From assembly GCF_964355755.1 (NCBI RefSeq), contig NC_092678.1, positions 15,092,371 to 15,156,370 on the forward strand: a stretch of DNA of 64,000 nt, in the 5' to 3' direction. The stretch is from Antedon mediterranea. Its lineage: Eukaryota; Animalia; Echinodermata. Within the stretch, counting starts at the first letter, position 1. Each line of letters opens with the position of its first letter. A program made the translations under genes and the position numbers. Positions 15,101-30,100 of this stretch are shown piece by piece. Under the pieces are notes generated by a model that was not told where the DNA came from, did not search any database, and was given only the letters and a program-made list of their open reading frames with translations.

Positions 15101-18100
15101 GCGGAGCCGGTTGACCCAACCCCAAAGTTATTTATAAGACTCATTATATTTGATGTTTATGACTTCTTCACAGGCAGGAAACACACCGATCAATATTTAT
15201 CTGAGTCGTCTTGATGTGGAATTAGAGATATTGTTTTGTCTGATAACCAATGGTGTATCCCCCACATTAACAAAAGAGGTAATTTGTCATAAAAATGTAT
15301 ATTGAAATAAAGCATACTGGTTTTTTTTGTTCATCCTATTATTACCTTCAAATGTAGAAGGTAATGTACTATTGTACTATGTTGTTTTATTATTATTAAC
15401 ACGTTGCAACTGCTCTTGGTATAATATATTTAGCTCCTTTCAATTATTTTGATTTAGTTATCCATGTTGCATAATCAATCGAAGAGAAATATTTATTTAT
15501 TAAAAATATAACATTTTTTATTTGTTTAGGAAGGAAGCAATGCTCTACATGTACATCTAAGTGGTAGATATGTTAAACCTACGTTAGAAATAGTGACTAA
15601 TCTCATTAAGCTTGGTGTATCTCCAACATTACAGAATAAGGTAAAGTACATAAAAGTGGGCATATATTCCCGTGATCTAACATTGTGTAATTATCGGGTG
15701 GCACTCAAACACACATCAGATCACGAGTATGGTGTTGTTCATAACTCTATACCTGCACAAGAGTAGTTACAGCAATCAAATACAGTTGGACACCACTAAC
15801 GTTCGTGGTACTGAGATTAAATCTCTAAATAGGAAATGAAAATATGTTTTTAATTATCCGCATGATTTGTTTAATTGCATAAAGTCAATTAATATTAATT
15901 CACACATTGTATTACAATTATAGTAGCACTTCAAGTTATCTGTCTAGTTTGTTTAAGTTGGTTTAAATAATATAATAATCAACTCTTGGAATACTTTTAT
16001 TTGGATCCTATTTCATAAAGGCCTAAATTTTCTTTTTTTATTCAATCAAATACGATAGATAAGTACGAAATTATGTGGAATGTTTTGGCCTTCCGAAAAA
16101 ATTGCATTTATTTTGTTTGAACTATGTCAAAGGTTAAATGTCAAATAATGCAATTCAGTGACCACAAAAAGTAATCCGTATATACAGGCCTCACGTCCTG
16201 GGACAGTAAATTACCCCCGTATGGGATACGGGCCACGTATTCAAAGGGTTAAGTGTCTATTTTGTTTTATTTCTAAAAGCAAGCAATTTTAAATACAAAT
16301 TTGGAGAGTCATCGCAAATGATATTAGTGCTCACTGTAAAATGAATGTTTGAAAATCCATGCAGTCAAAAAATTATCTTTGTTTTTGTTTTTTTTTTGTG
16401 TAAAAATATTAAAATAATAGACCTTTGTTGTGTTATTGATTAATATGTCAGTTATTTTCCGTCCTCATATTTGGTATAAGAAAAGAATACTGCATTTCAT
16501 TGTCGTCTGGTAAATTATCGTGTTTTATAAAAGTTTCCAAAGTGTAATTATCATTTCCGTCTGGATAACAGTGATAAAAGTTGAATTTACTTGAATATTC
16601 TTGCAGTCTCCCGTTGTTGTTCAGTTGAATGTCTTGATTTGTGGTGTTAATAATGTTTGGTGGTTTGTATTTAAGATGATTAGCAATATATCTTTTCTGT
16701 TAGTGTAGGCCAAATTAGAAAGAAGTGAATATAATTGCAACTTCGTCCTCATTGTTTGTACCTCCTTAAATACAATAGCTTACATTCTTTGCAAATAAAT
16801 TACATAAAACAAACAATTAAAAATCAACCAAAAAATAACAAAACACAGTGTAAGCATAATGTACTTCACACCATTTCATATTATACACCTATCGGGAGCT
16901 AATGAAATTACCAGCCAATCAGATATTATATCGGCCTAAAAGTGAGCCGATTCCCGTTACACCTTGGCCGAATCATCCCGCATTCAGCTATTTCATAGAC
17001 CTTGTATTTATTGAGAAACATAACCTACGGTAGCTTAGTGTTATCACTGCATTTGGTGTTTGGAAAAATGGTAAAGTGTTGCTGAATTAAGTTTGGCGGG
17101 AGCGATGTTCATGATATAGAAACATGAGCAAGAATACAGTTTTGTAGGCCTACCGCCCGTTTTATTTGAAATGTGGCACGGAGTTCTGCCGCTATATTAT
17201 AACTGCAGCTGCGCTGTTCACATCACGTGTGCTCTCTCGATATCGATATTGCTACTTACCCTAGTGATCTAATTGTGACGAATGAAAATGGCCAATAATT
17301 TCCGAAAGCGGAATTCGGCAATTGCAAAGAAATTGGCCTAAAACACATTTTTTCGTAGACATTTTCGTTATAATATAGACTAATGGATAGAGGAGAATTA
17401 AAAGGTGCCCCATCTCGAACGGTGCTAGAATCAGTTTGGGAGGAGATTTTGGCTTAGTGCTATTATAGATTGAGCCCACGTTCACAGACCAATAATACAC
17501 CAGCAAACCCTTTTATTTTAATTTGTTTTTTGTTTTATTATAATTACTTTTCTACAATTATTTGCTGCAATAACATGTATGTATAAATATCATGATTATG
17601 AATTAATTATACGACGGAAATTCCCATGTCACATACATATCTCTAAAGCCTAATTTATTGAATAAACGTCCTGCTTTGAATAAATTCCCTCTCAGATAGA
17701 CAAATAAAGTGAGTGAGTGGCCGAGCGGTTAAGAGAGTGGAACCGTAGCCATAACGTAAGGGGTCGAGGCTCACTCGCTCTATGGTTCTGGTGGTAGAGA
17801 AAGAGTCTTCTCGGATAAAGACTATAAACCGTAGGTCCAGTGTACAAATCTAGCTCATGTGCATTTTAAAGAAAGTGCATATTATATTTATACGAGTAGG
17901 TGGTTACACCGTTGTACTACATTACTAAGCAGCCACAAACTAACTAATGAGGGCCCTTCCTTCAAAAGAACTGGATAGGCCACCCTCATTAAATATGGTA
18001 TTAAATAAAAAAAAATAGAATCTCAAAAATGGTATACTTACCATCTAAGATACCGACAAAAAAGTTTAGGTTTAGTTCTACGAATTGATCATTATATTTG

Positions 18101-21100
18101 ACTAATATATATCCATTTAAACATGCATAATATTTAAAAGTAGTTGAGGATGTATTGTCCCCTTGACAAAATAATTGTTTTACATTTTTTGTTGAATATG
18201 TCATTTTAATTTCACGTAATAGTTATTCACTTTGACCAAAGTTTGGATCGAAAAAAAAATATTGACCTGAGAAAACTTTAATGTAAATCAAAACATTGTA
18301 AAATTGTATGCAAGACAATGAATAAGTAAAATCATTATTTTCTTTGGGTTTTTTTCTTATTGAAGTGAATAGTTTTATTAAAACTGCAAAATGATCTATT
18401 CAAAGTCTGACTTTATAGCTCTTTAATTTTCATGATTTTGGGGGCAATACATCTTTAATTAATAATAATAATTATTATTATATGGTAGCCAATCACCAAA
18501 AATGGTTGTTGCCCAAACGGCCATACATCATTGTACAACCTGGAATCTCTCAACCACCCGATTCCTACCTCTGGATTATTTAGCTGTGTGTCAGACAAAT
18601 CTAAATTAATGTGAAACTGCAGTTCTAATTAAAGTTTTTTTTTTTATCAACTATTAAACAGTAGCTGTTTCGTCTGGATGTAATGTGGTTGTCTCACGCC
18701 ATGAGCAGCAAATTTGATCTGATGTTTTTTGATATTATGATGATGTGTTTTCTGTTTTAAATATATCTAACAATCTAGATTTTCAACTTTTCAATTATTA
18801 ATTGTATCATCATCCTCACCATCTCCTTTTCAAATACATCTCTTATCACTATTGTTGATCATCTTTTGAACCACTTTCCGATTTGCTTGAACCATTTTAA
18901 TTAACTGAGCCAATGTAAGATGCAATGCCTCGCGAGCTTATGAATACGTTGTAATAAGCCAGCTTTACTCCAATCCTGGTGTTGTAGTTGTTCAAGAGTC
19001 GCTTATATTCGGCAAACTTTGATTTTGCAATCATTTCAAAGTTACCGGTTCCCATTTCTTTATAAATGATCAACCTATCAAGTGATCTAAAACCTTCTGA
19101 CTTTCTTAATGCATTTCACCATTCCTAATAATGGAGTATGGGTATTCATGTTTTCAGTTGTTACATTATAACAGTATTTCATTTCATTATTTATTCTGTC
19201 TATTTCAATATATAAATAACAAAATGGTCAACCTAAGTGAACTTAATCACTGTAGCGGAGCCGGTTGACCCAACCCCAAAGTTATTTATAAGACTCATTA
19301 TATTTGATGTTTATGACTTCTTCACAGGCAGGAAACACACCGATCAATATTTATCTGAGTCGTCGTGATGTGGAATTAGAGATATTGTTTTGTCTGATAA
19401 CCAATGGTGTATCCCCCACATTAACAAAAGAGGTAATTCGTCATAAAAATGTAAATCGAAATAAAGCATACTGGTTGTTTTTGTTCATCCTATTATTACC
19501 TTCAAATGTAGAAGGTAATGTACTATTGTACTATGTTGTTTAATTATTATTAACACGTTGCAACTGCTCTTGGTATAATACATTTAGCTCCTTACAATTA
19601 ATTTGATTTAGTTATCCATGTTGCATAATCAATCGAAGAGAAATATTTATTTATTAAAATATAACATTTTTTATTTGTTTAGGAAGGAAGCAATGCTCTA
19701 CATATACATCTAAGTGGTAGATATGTTAAACCTACGTTAAGAATAGTGACTAATCTTCTTAAACTTGGTGTATCTCCAACATTACAGAATAAGGTAAAGT
19801 ACATAAGAGTGTGCCTATATTCCCGTGATCTAACATTGTTTAATTATCGGGTGGGACTCAAACACACCTCAGATCACGAGTATGGTGTTGTTCATTGTTT
19901 GTACCTCCTTATATACAATAGCTTACATTCTTTGCAAATAAATTACATAAAACAAACAATTAAAAATCAACCAAAAAATAACAAAACACAGTGTAAGCAT
20001 AATGTACTTCACACCATTTCATATTATACACCTATCGGGAGCTAATGAAATTACCAGCCAATCAGATATTATATCGGCCTAAAAGTGAGCCGATTCCCGT
20101 TACACCTTGGCCGAATCATCCCGCATTCAGCTATTTCATAGACCTTGTATTTATTGAGAAACATAACATACGGTAGTCTAGTGTTATCACTGCATTTGGT
20201 GTTTGGAAAAATGGTAAAGTGTTGCTGAATTAAGTTTGGCGGGAGCGATGTTCATGATATAGAAACATGAGCAAGAATACAGTTTTGTAGGCCTACCGCC
20301 CCTTTTATTTGAAATGTGGCACGGAGTTCTGCCGCTATATTATAACTGCAGCTGCGCTGTTCACATCACGTGTGCTCTCTCGATATCGATATTGCTACTT
20401 ACCCTAGTGATCTAATTGTGACGAATGAAAATGGCCAATAATTTCCGAAAGCGGAATTCGGCAATTGCAAAGAAATTGGCCTAAAACACATTTTTTCGTA
20501 GACATTTTCGTTATAATATAGACTAATGGATAGAGAAGAATTAAAAGGTGCCCCATCTCGAACGGCGCTAGAATCAGTTTGGGAGGAGATTTTGGCTTAG
20601 TGCTATTATAGATTGAGCCCACGTTCACAGACCAATAATACACCAGCAAACCCTTTTATTTTAATTTGTTTTTTGTTTTATTATAATTACTTTTCTACAA
20701 TTATTTGCTGCAATAACATGTATGTATAAATATCATGATTATGAATTAATTATACGACGGAAATTCCCATGTCACATACATATCTCTAAAGCCTAATTTA
20801 TTGAATAAACGTCCTGCTTTGAATACATTCCCTCTCAGATAGACAAATAGAGTGAGTGAGTGGCCGAGCGGTTAAGAGAGTGGAACCGTAGCCATAACGT
20901 AAGAGGTCGATGCTCACTCGCTCCATGGTTCTGGTGGTAGAGAAAAGTCTTCTCGGATAAAGACTATAAACCGTAGGTCCAGTGTACAAATCTAGCTCAT
21001 GTGCATTTTAAAGAAAGTAGTGCATATTATATTTATACGAGTAGGTGGTTACACCGTTGTACTACATTACTAAGCAGCCACAAACTAACTAACGAGGGCC

Positions 21101-24100
21101 CTTCCTTCAAAAGAACTGGATAGGCCACCCTCATTAAATATGGTAATAAATAAAAAAAAAATAGAATCTCAAAAATGGTATACTTACCATCTAAGATACC
21201 GACAACAAAGTTTAGGTTTAGTTCTACGAATTGATCATTATATTTGACTAATATATATCCATTTAAACATGCATAATATTTAAAAGTAGTTGAAGATGTA
21301 TTGTCCCCTTGACAAAATAATTGTTTTACATTTTTTGTTGAATATGTCATTTTAATTTCACGTAATAGTTATTCACTTTGACCAAAGTTTGGATCGAAAA
21401 GAAAATATTGACCTGAGAAAACTGTAATGTAAATCAAAACATTGTAAAATTGTATGCAAGACAATGAATAAGTAAAATCATTATTTTCTTTGGGTTTTTT
21501 TCTTATAGAAGTGAATAGTTTTATTAAAACTGCAAAATAATCTATTCAAAGTCTGACTTTATAGCTCTTAAATTTTCATGATTTTGGGGGCAATACATCT
21601 TTAATTAATAATAATAATTATTATTACTAGAGGGTGAGCTCGCTTCGCTCGCTCCCCCTCTAGGAAGTGTAGACGATGGTTCTCGGAATGATAATGTTCT
21701 CCTTATACATTTTCTGTCGGTTACCATTATTGAAAATGCTTGACATTCGTAAAACTAAACTACTTTGTTTCACAGTGTTTTAGATGATTAATAACATTTT
21801 AAAGTATAGTTTTTATTGTTTGGTAGGGCCCTTTGGGGAGGCGGAGGTCATTTGAGGGAGGTGCTTATTCGAGGGATATACCGTATGTTAAATTGTTTAG
21901 TTCTAATAATATGGTAACATTTATAATCAAATGAAATCCTCTCATAGATATGAAAAGTGGTAAAAAAGAATAACAAATGCTTGGTAAATTGCAGATAACA
22001 GTGCGGTGAATTCTACTACAAATAGTATAATTGTGTTATTATAAATATGTGGATGGACGTTTATTAGATAGTTGGGTTGTGGGGGGGGGGGGTTGGGAGG
22101 GCGGGGGTTTATTATTCAAAGTGATGTTTTATTGGAGAGGCGTTTATTCAAATGAATACCATCCTAATAATTATTAATACATTATTTAATTTAATCATCT
22201 TTTGAAACTAACTGCCGTGACAGAGTGGGCCCAAGAAAGAAGACATTACGGCTTGCAACATGGGCAGACATCTCGGTCCTAACGGGACACAGGAAGATAG
22301 CCTACAGTTATTCCTGCAAGCTTACTTAATAAAACTCAGCTATCGGGATTTCACTCGAAAAATGTCTTATCAAATCTCCCTATGTAATTTTATAATACTA
22401 TTCCCCACAATATATTCTGATTCTTTATGGCGTATATTTAATTTGATCTTTATTAATTTGCAGTATAATTCCTATTATTTAACTACTGTACCTTCACACA
22501 CGTGTGGTATGTTTTAAAATAAACAAAAAACTGAAATGGCTATGATTAATGGCCAATTTTTTTTTTTCGTCTTCCAAAGGGACACTGTATTGATTGATGG
22601 AAAGTGCCTGTTTCCAGTCACCTTTAAGGTCAAATCTATTATTTTAACTGCTCCCTTGTGTATAAAAGAGAGAAAATATTTGAAACTAAGTTGAACTTAT
22701 CTTAAACCCGGAAATTACTTTGACCGGGAAGAATTGAAATTGAGAGGAAAATCCAATGTTGAAATCATAAATGTTGTTAAAAAACTCTTTATAACATCTT
22801 CCTAAGATATTGTGATATAAAGATATACTTTTATATTTAAGAAATTGACCTTTGTATCGGAATTTAAATAGGTTCACAAACTTGACCCAGAAAGTCCAAA
22901 GGAGAGTTTGTCCAGATGTTTTAATGACCATTTAGTTTATAATAGAATCCCTAAAGAAAACACTTAGCTTAATTTTGTGACCTTTCCCATCGTTAAACCA
23001 GGAGTGATGGACACTATTTAAGTACAGATTTGACAGTGTCATCCATCACAGAAATACCTTATTATACCGTTAATCACTCCCACTTAAACACCCCTGGATC
23101 AACTTAGGACCAATCGTTACCCTCACAGATGATGTAATGACATTATGCAAATGAACTGAGCCAATATACTCCCAAGTTTCAGAAGGGCCCAGACACACCT
23201 TACAGCCACCTCACGGAGCACACACCTTACAGCCACCTCACGGAGCACACACCTTACAGCCACCTCACGGAGCACACACCTCACAGCAGACCTACACACT
23301 TCACACCTCACCGACAGCATCATTGACCGTCCGTTCCTTATGTATACTTATAGTTGTATATTGTACTGAAGTATTATACTGAATAAACAATATAGTGTTA
23401 TGACAGTCAAGCGAGTAAGAGTCTTTCATTAGTACCTCAACAACCCAAACGTTATAAAAGGGAAACAGAGGGATGTGATATAAAGATATACTTTTATATT
23501 TAAGAAATTGACCTTTGTATCGGAATTCAAATAGGTTCACAAACTTGACCCAGAAAGTCCAAAGGAGAGTTTGTCCAGATGTTTTAATGACCATTTAGTT
23601 TATAATAGAATCCCTAAAGAAAACACTTAGCTTAATTTTGTGACCTTTCCCATCGTTAAACCAGGAGTGATGGACACTATTTAAGTACAGATTTGACAGT
23701 GTCATCCATCACAGAAATACCTTATTATACCGTTAATCATTCCCACTTAAACACCCCTGGATCAACTTAGGACCAATCGTTACCCTCACAGATGATGTAA
23801 TGACATTATGCAAATGAACTGAGCCAATATACTCCCAAGTTTCAGAAGGGCCCAGAGACACCTTACAGCCACCTCACGGAGCACACACCTTACAGCCACC
23901 TCACGGAGCACACACCTTACAGCCACCTCACGGAGCACACACCTCACAGCAGACCTACACACTTCACACCTCACCGACAGCATCATTGACCGTCCGTTCC
24001 TTATGTATACTTATAGTTGTATATTGTACTGAAGTATTATACTGAATAAACAATATAGTGTTATGACAGTCAAGCGAGTAAGAGTCTTTCATTAGTACCT

Positions 24101-27100
24101 CAACAACCCAAACATTATATTACATGGTGGAAGACCCAAATTTCATAAGGAACGGAGTGAGAAAACAAGAAATAAACACTTAACAAGACACGAAGACGAA
24201 GACGAAGACAAAAATAACCATATTTGTTTGAAAGGAGAGAAATTTACTTTGACTCAAAGGACAAGCTGAAATTATATTTGAATGAGATCGAGACAAGCAG
24301 AAATTTTATCAAATTATTACCATTGGATAAAGACAAAGAAGATAATCGAGGAAGACACAAAAGACGAGCTGAAATTATATTTGAATGAGATCGAGACAAG
24401 CAGAAATTTTATCAAATTATAACCATTGGATAAAGACAAAGAAGATAATCGAGGAAGACCCAAGCAGAATCAAAACAGAAGCAAGCGGACAAGAACTGTT
24501 TCGTTTGGACACTTTCAACTTCACGCAGTTTTTTTTTCGATCGTTTTTTTTAACATTTACTTTTTTGAACATTGATGAACACCTTTCGCATTTTTTTTAA
24601 TTCGTTGTTTGAAAATTTGAACATTGATGAGCACCTTTAACATTTCTTTAATTCGTTGTTTGAACATTTAAACAATATTGAACACTTTTGCATTCCTTTA
24701 ATTCATTTTAATTGGATCCGAAGCATTTGGGGTAAGTCGAAACCATTTTGAATTTTGATTTGTAACCTTGATTGAAAAAGTGAGAGTTTACATATATATA
24801 CACTAAATTGTTTTTGATATTTGATTAATAATTAATATTATAAAGTATGGTCGACGTTGTTGATAACGAAGTAATTTTAAATGAGCCCGTCAATCCTCAC
24901 CCCGTGCCCCACCTAAGACAAACCGATTTCCTTCCCAAAAGATATGACGGTTCCATAACCGATCACGACCAATGTAGTGCACACTACTTATCGTTTACCG
25001 ACTACCTTGAGGCCCACACTTTAGAAAACCCTGTAAACAATGCCCAATTAATTAATGTAATAAGTATTTTTAAACGTAGCCTTCAGGGCCAAGCTAGACT
25101 CTGGATTGAGGGAAAGCAGTTCGATTCACTAGAATCCTTAAAAACCCAATTCATCAACAGGTTTAGTAAAAACAAATCAATCTATGCGCACATAAGAGAA
25201 TACGATTCAATTACATACACCACTGGCGACAACGCCGAAAAGCACTTAACCAAAATCAAACAAGCCGCAGACAGAATTGGATACGCTGACCAGCAGATAA
25301 AGAATAAATTTATTTCGACCCTTCCACCAAAATGTAGAGCAGCTGTAGCCATGTCCACCCCAATCGATGCCACTATTGAAAATATTGTAAATAGCACACA
25401 AAATTACCTTGACCTTTCCGTAGATGATGCCACACGGGAAGTTTCATTCAATATCAATAAGGAAACAGATAGGCCTAATAGTCTCGAATCGCTCCAACAT
25501 GAGATAAATTCTCTCAAGTTAGACATGGCCACAACAAAACGATCCCTTAATGATGATACTCGACGCTCACGTTCCCCCACCCGAAATTATATCCCAAGAC
25601 GAAACCGAAGCCCAAGCCCATACAAACCCCGATTCCAGACCCCACCGACCCCAAGATATAGACAACCTCCCCCAACCTGTTATTACTGCGGGAAACCAGG
25701 CCACATAGCAAGGCACTGCCGACAACAAAACCGCTCTTACGGAAACTATCCCCCGCCATACCCATACCAACAGTCAAACAATTACTACCCTAGCCACCAG
25801 CAGGATTTTTAGAAAGGGGACTAGATGCCGCCTATAATCTGGCCCCCCATACTAAATACGACAATTTTAAGGCAAAATACTTAGGGAATTCAGATAATAT
25901 TGATTTGTTACTTAACGACAGAAATTACGTTAAAGGAAATTTACCAGATGGTAGAAATGTTTTAACTTTATTTGACAGTGGTTCAACTAGAACTATAATC
26001 TCACAATCGTACGTTAATTCCTCACTTTATTTATCGCGTTTAAAGCCAGTTAAAGTAAACACAACTAAATTTCGATTAGGTAACGGTGACTTCTTATATG
26101 CCAACCACTTAGTGCAATTCGAATTATTTATCCAAGGACACAAATTTAAAATTTCAGCATTAATCGTTAAAAATTTGACAGGTATTGACCTGATACTTGG
26201 AACCGAAACATTGTCTGAACTCGACGGTACTTTAAATTTTAAGGAAAACACATTTCGCATTAGACCAAAGATTTTTAGCTTTCGTCCTGTACACAAGATT
26301 TTTCTTAAACCCGGTGATACTAAAACAGTTAAATTAAAAGGAAGGGTTCCCGCCTTTGTACGCAATTCTGATGTTGTTCTACATGCAACCACCCATATTT
26401 CAAAACTTTGTCCATCAGATATGTTAGTAAAATTACACAGAGGAGAAACCAACATTGATATCACTAACAACACAAACAGAAACGTATCTCTAAATACACA
26501 TCAACCTATCGCGAGCCTTCACTTAACCAACCTTGTTAAACAGCAACAGTTAAATTAAAAGGAAGGGTTCCCGCCTTTGTACGCAATTCTGATGTTGTTC
26601 TACATGCAACCACCCATATTTCAAAACTTTGTCCATCAGATATGTTAGTAAAATTACACAGAGGAGAAACCAACATTGATATCACTAACAACACAAACAG
26701 AAACGTATCTCTAAATACACATCAACCTATCGCGAGCCTTCACTTAACCAACCTTGTAACAGTTACTAACGACCTACCAATTGATAGAATAAAGTTGACC
26801 AATGACAACGCAAACAAGTACCCACATTTAGAACGTACAGACCCATTGCTAACTTTAACCGAGGAAGAAATAATTAGAAAACAAGTTGATTTAAAAGACA
26901 GCGTTTTAACACATAGAGAAAAAGAAGATTTGTATATAACATTACAACAAAACAGAAACGCATTTTCACTTTATGGTGAACTATCTAGCTGCCCAAACTT
27001 CAAAGCTGACATACGCCTCTCTAACGATGAACCATTTTTTATTCGACCATACTTCGCGACAGACAAAGATAAACATGTTATTGAGGCCGAATTGAACAAA

Positions 27101-30100
27101 TTAGTCAAACTAGGAATCTTAGCAGTAGGACACCAATCGTATACTTCCCCTGTCCTTCTTGTTTCAAAGAAAAATTCAAAAGATAAAAGAGTTGTCACAG
27201 ACTTTCGCTATCTAAATTCCAGGATAAAACGTATTAATCACCCATTCCCATTATTAGCCGAAACTCTGAAAACAATAGGTAACGCTAATTCACAGATTCT
27301 TAGCGTAATTGATTTGAAATCAGCGTTCCACTGTGTACCATTAGCCGAACATGCCCAACAATACACAGGTATAGCTTCATATCATGGTGGAAAACATTAT
27401 TATTATAAGAGATTAGCACAAGGATTAAACGTTTCGCCAGGTATATTTCAAGCAAAGATTGACGAAATTTTAAATGAAATCCCAAATTCTAGAGAATTCT
27501 GTATCGCCCATCATGATGATATTATTTTATTTAGCCAAGACAAATTTGCTCATAAGCAGCACCTTGTTTCCGTTTTACAAGCCCTACAATTAAATGGTTT
27601 TAGAATTTGTCCAAAGAAATGTAAGTTATTCAAGAATAAAGTGCAATATATGGGACACACCATCCTGATTAATTCTTCAGGACACGCATGTATCACACCA
27701 TTAGGCGACAGGTGTGCAGCTATCCGAAATTTGCCAGTCCCACGAACCCATAAAGAAACTAAACGATTTATTGGTGCAGTAAATTATGTATCCCATTTTT
27801 TCCCTCAAATACAATCAATTTTACGTCCGTTACACACACTCGCAAGCAAACGCCGAAAATTTTGTTGGTCTACTGAACACCAGAAAGCATTTGACGAAAT
27901 TAAACAATTAATGGTTAAACCACCAACTCTTCAAATGCCTAGAAAAGAAGGTAGATTTACGCTATATAGCGACACTTCAAGAACCGCAACAGGTTCATAT
28001 TTAACACAAACAGTAAACGGTAAAGAACACATAATAGGTTATTATTCCAAAATCTTACCACAAGCCTGTCAACGATATAGCGTCACAGAATTAGAGTTAT
28101 TTGGACTTTACATTAACGTTTCAGCATTTCGACATTTACTAAAGGGTTGCGAATTTGATGCATTCGTAGACCACTCAGCAATTGTACAAATTTGGAATTC
28201 AAAAGATCAGCCATGTACACCCCGTTTACAGAAACTAATATTACGATTGTCCGGATACATTTTCCAAATTGGTTATAAGAAAGGAACTGAATTAGTTTTA
28301 GCAGATTTTCTCTCCCGAGCCCCTCGTGATGACGATTCCGAAATCGATCAAGTTGTACCCATTGCATTTAATATTACAGAGACTGAATCTCTTAACCCGA
28401 TTACAAACACATTTACTAGCAGACCAGTAACAAGGTCATACGCCAAGAAAATGGGAATAAATATACCTGACCTACATAAACCCAAACCCAAACAAACGCC
28501 TGTCATTAATCAAAATCCAGTGACACCAAACACGCGACCTACACCTCAACCTACCGCTACACCACAGATAATCACGAGACAACAAACAAACGCACATCGA
28601 TCACCGCCTATCATAACGCCACCTATCGTAACACCACCCCCAATACGTAATGTAAACATTCGACAACCTCCAGAGGAACGACTAGTAGACAAAAGTAAGC
28701 AAAACAAAGATACTACACATCGAAACGTACCAGTTGAATTGTATACATCGCCCAAACCACTAGTACCAAACATAACTGAATTTAAGTCAGCACACATCCC
28801 AAAACAACAAGACTTAGATAGATTAATGGATGTTATTCAAAGAAAGATAATTAGAGATTATAACCTCCCAATAGATGTTAAACAATTACGTGTTGAACAA
28901 GAAACTTCACCATTTTTTAAGCCAGTTTATGATTATTTAGTTCATGATATCCTTCCAGCTGATAAGAAAGCAGCTCGTGCAGTTCAGAATAAGTCAGAGC
29001 AGTACATATTGTGCAACGGTTTACTATTCCGTTTATTTTTCCAAGATAAAGGTGGAGAATTTGTATTGCAATTAGCTGTTCCTGAAAACTTAGCAGAGAC
29101 TGTTATTTCTCAGTATCACGACAATTTGTTAAGTAGCCACCAAGGTACGATGCGTACTTACCTTACTATTAGGAAATTATTTTACATGCCCCTTATGTTC
29201 GAGAAAGTCAACAATTATACCCAAGCGTGTCTTAGATGTCAACAATTTCGTCCCAAAACCGATAAATTACGTCCTTTACACGATCGAGTACCAGCAACTT
29301 ACCGTCCCTTTCATACACTCAGTCTAGATTTTAAGAGTATGCCAACTTCACCTTCAGGTTTTAAACATATTATGGTAGTATGTGATGAGATAACTAGATT
29401 TTTTATTTGTGTACCTTTGAAATCCATTGATGCCGAAACAATTTGTGAAGCACTAATTCAAAAGGTCATCAGTATTTTTGGACCCCCATCTCGTCTTATT
29501 TCAGATGCAGCAACCTCCCTTACAGGAAAATTATTAACACTATTATGTAACACCCTTAATATTGATAGGAAAATCATCAGCGTCCACAATCACGGTAGTT
29601 TACAAGTTGAACGTCATATCCGCACCGTATCGGACCTGTTAAAGGTCAACCTTAACCAATTCGGAACAGATTGGGTTAGATTTGTATCAACAACATGTTA
29701 TGCTTATAACTCGTTTTCATCCCCACATCTGGGAAACCACTCCCCTTACGAATTAGTTTTTGGCCGCCAACCTCCAAGTTTGACCTCATTAGCATTTAAC
29801 CCTATTTCAGGATTGTCTCATTCCTATGAAGAATACTTTGAACATCTCAAGAAGAAATTTCAAAACATTTCACAGACAATGCTACAATTACAGCGAACAC
29901 AACAAAACGTCCAAAACTCAAAGATTTCCCAACGCTTAGAAAAAAGTCCAATTTACTCAGTAGGACAACTCGTATATTTATACAAGCCAACATCATCATC
30001 ACTAACAGCAAATTCAAAGAAAATCGCCGCAGAATGGGTCGGACCATTAGTGATTCATGAAGTACTAGACAGAACACACTACATCCTAGCAACGATTAAA

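Noticed and set aside
3323-21626. 4.18-kb array as a pure assembly artefact
   Set aside because: Copies differ by many substitutions, indels, a 1-kb deletion and a unit-specific insertion; exact copy number still needs read support
23193-23290. Regularly spaced short repeats (also 36990-37243) as possible CRISPR arrays
   Set aside because: No unique spacers, no cas genes, eukaryotic context
23123-23323. 66-aa ORF with VRCVLREVA repeats in each LTR
   Set aside because: Antisense translation of the 27-bp LTR tandem repeat
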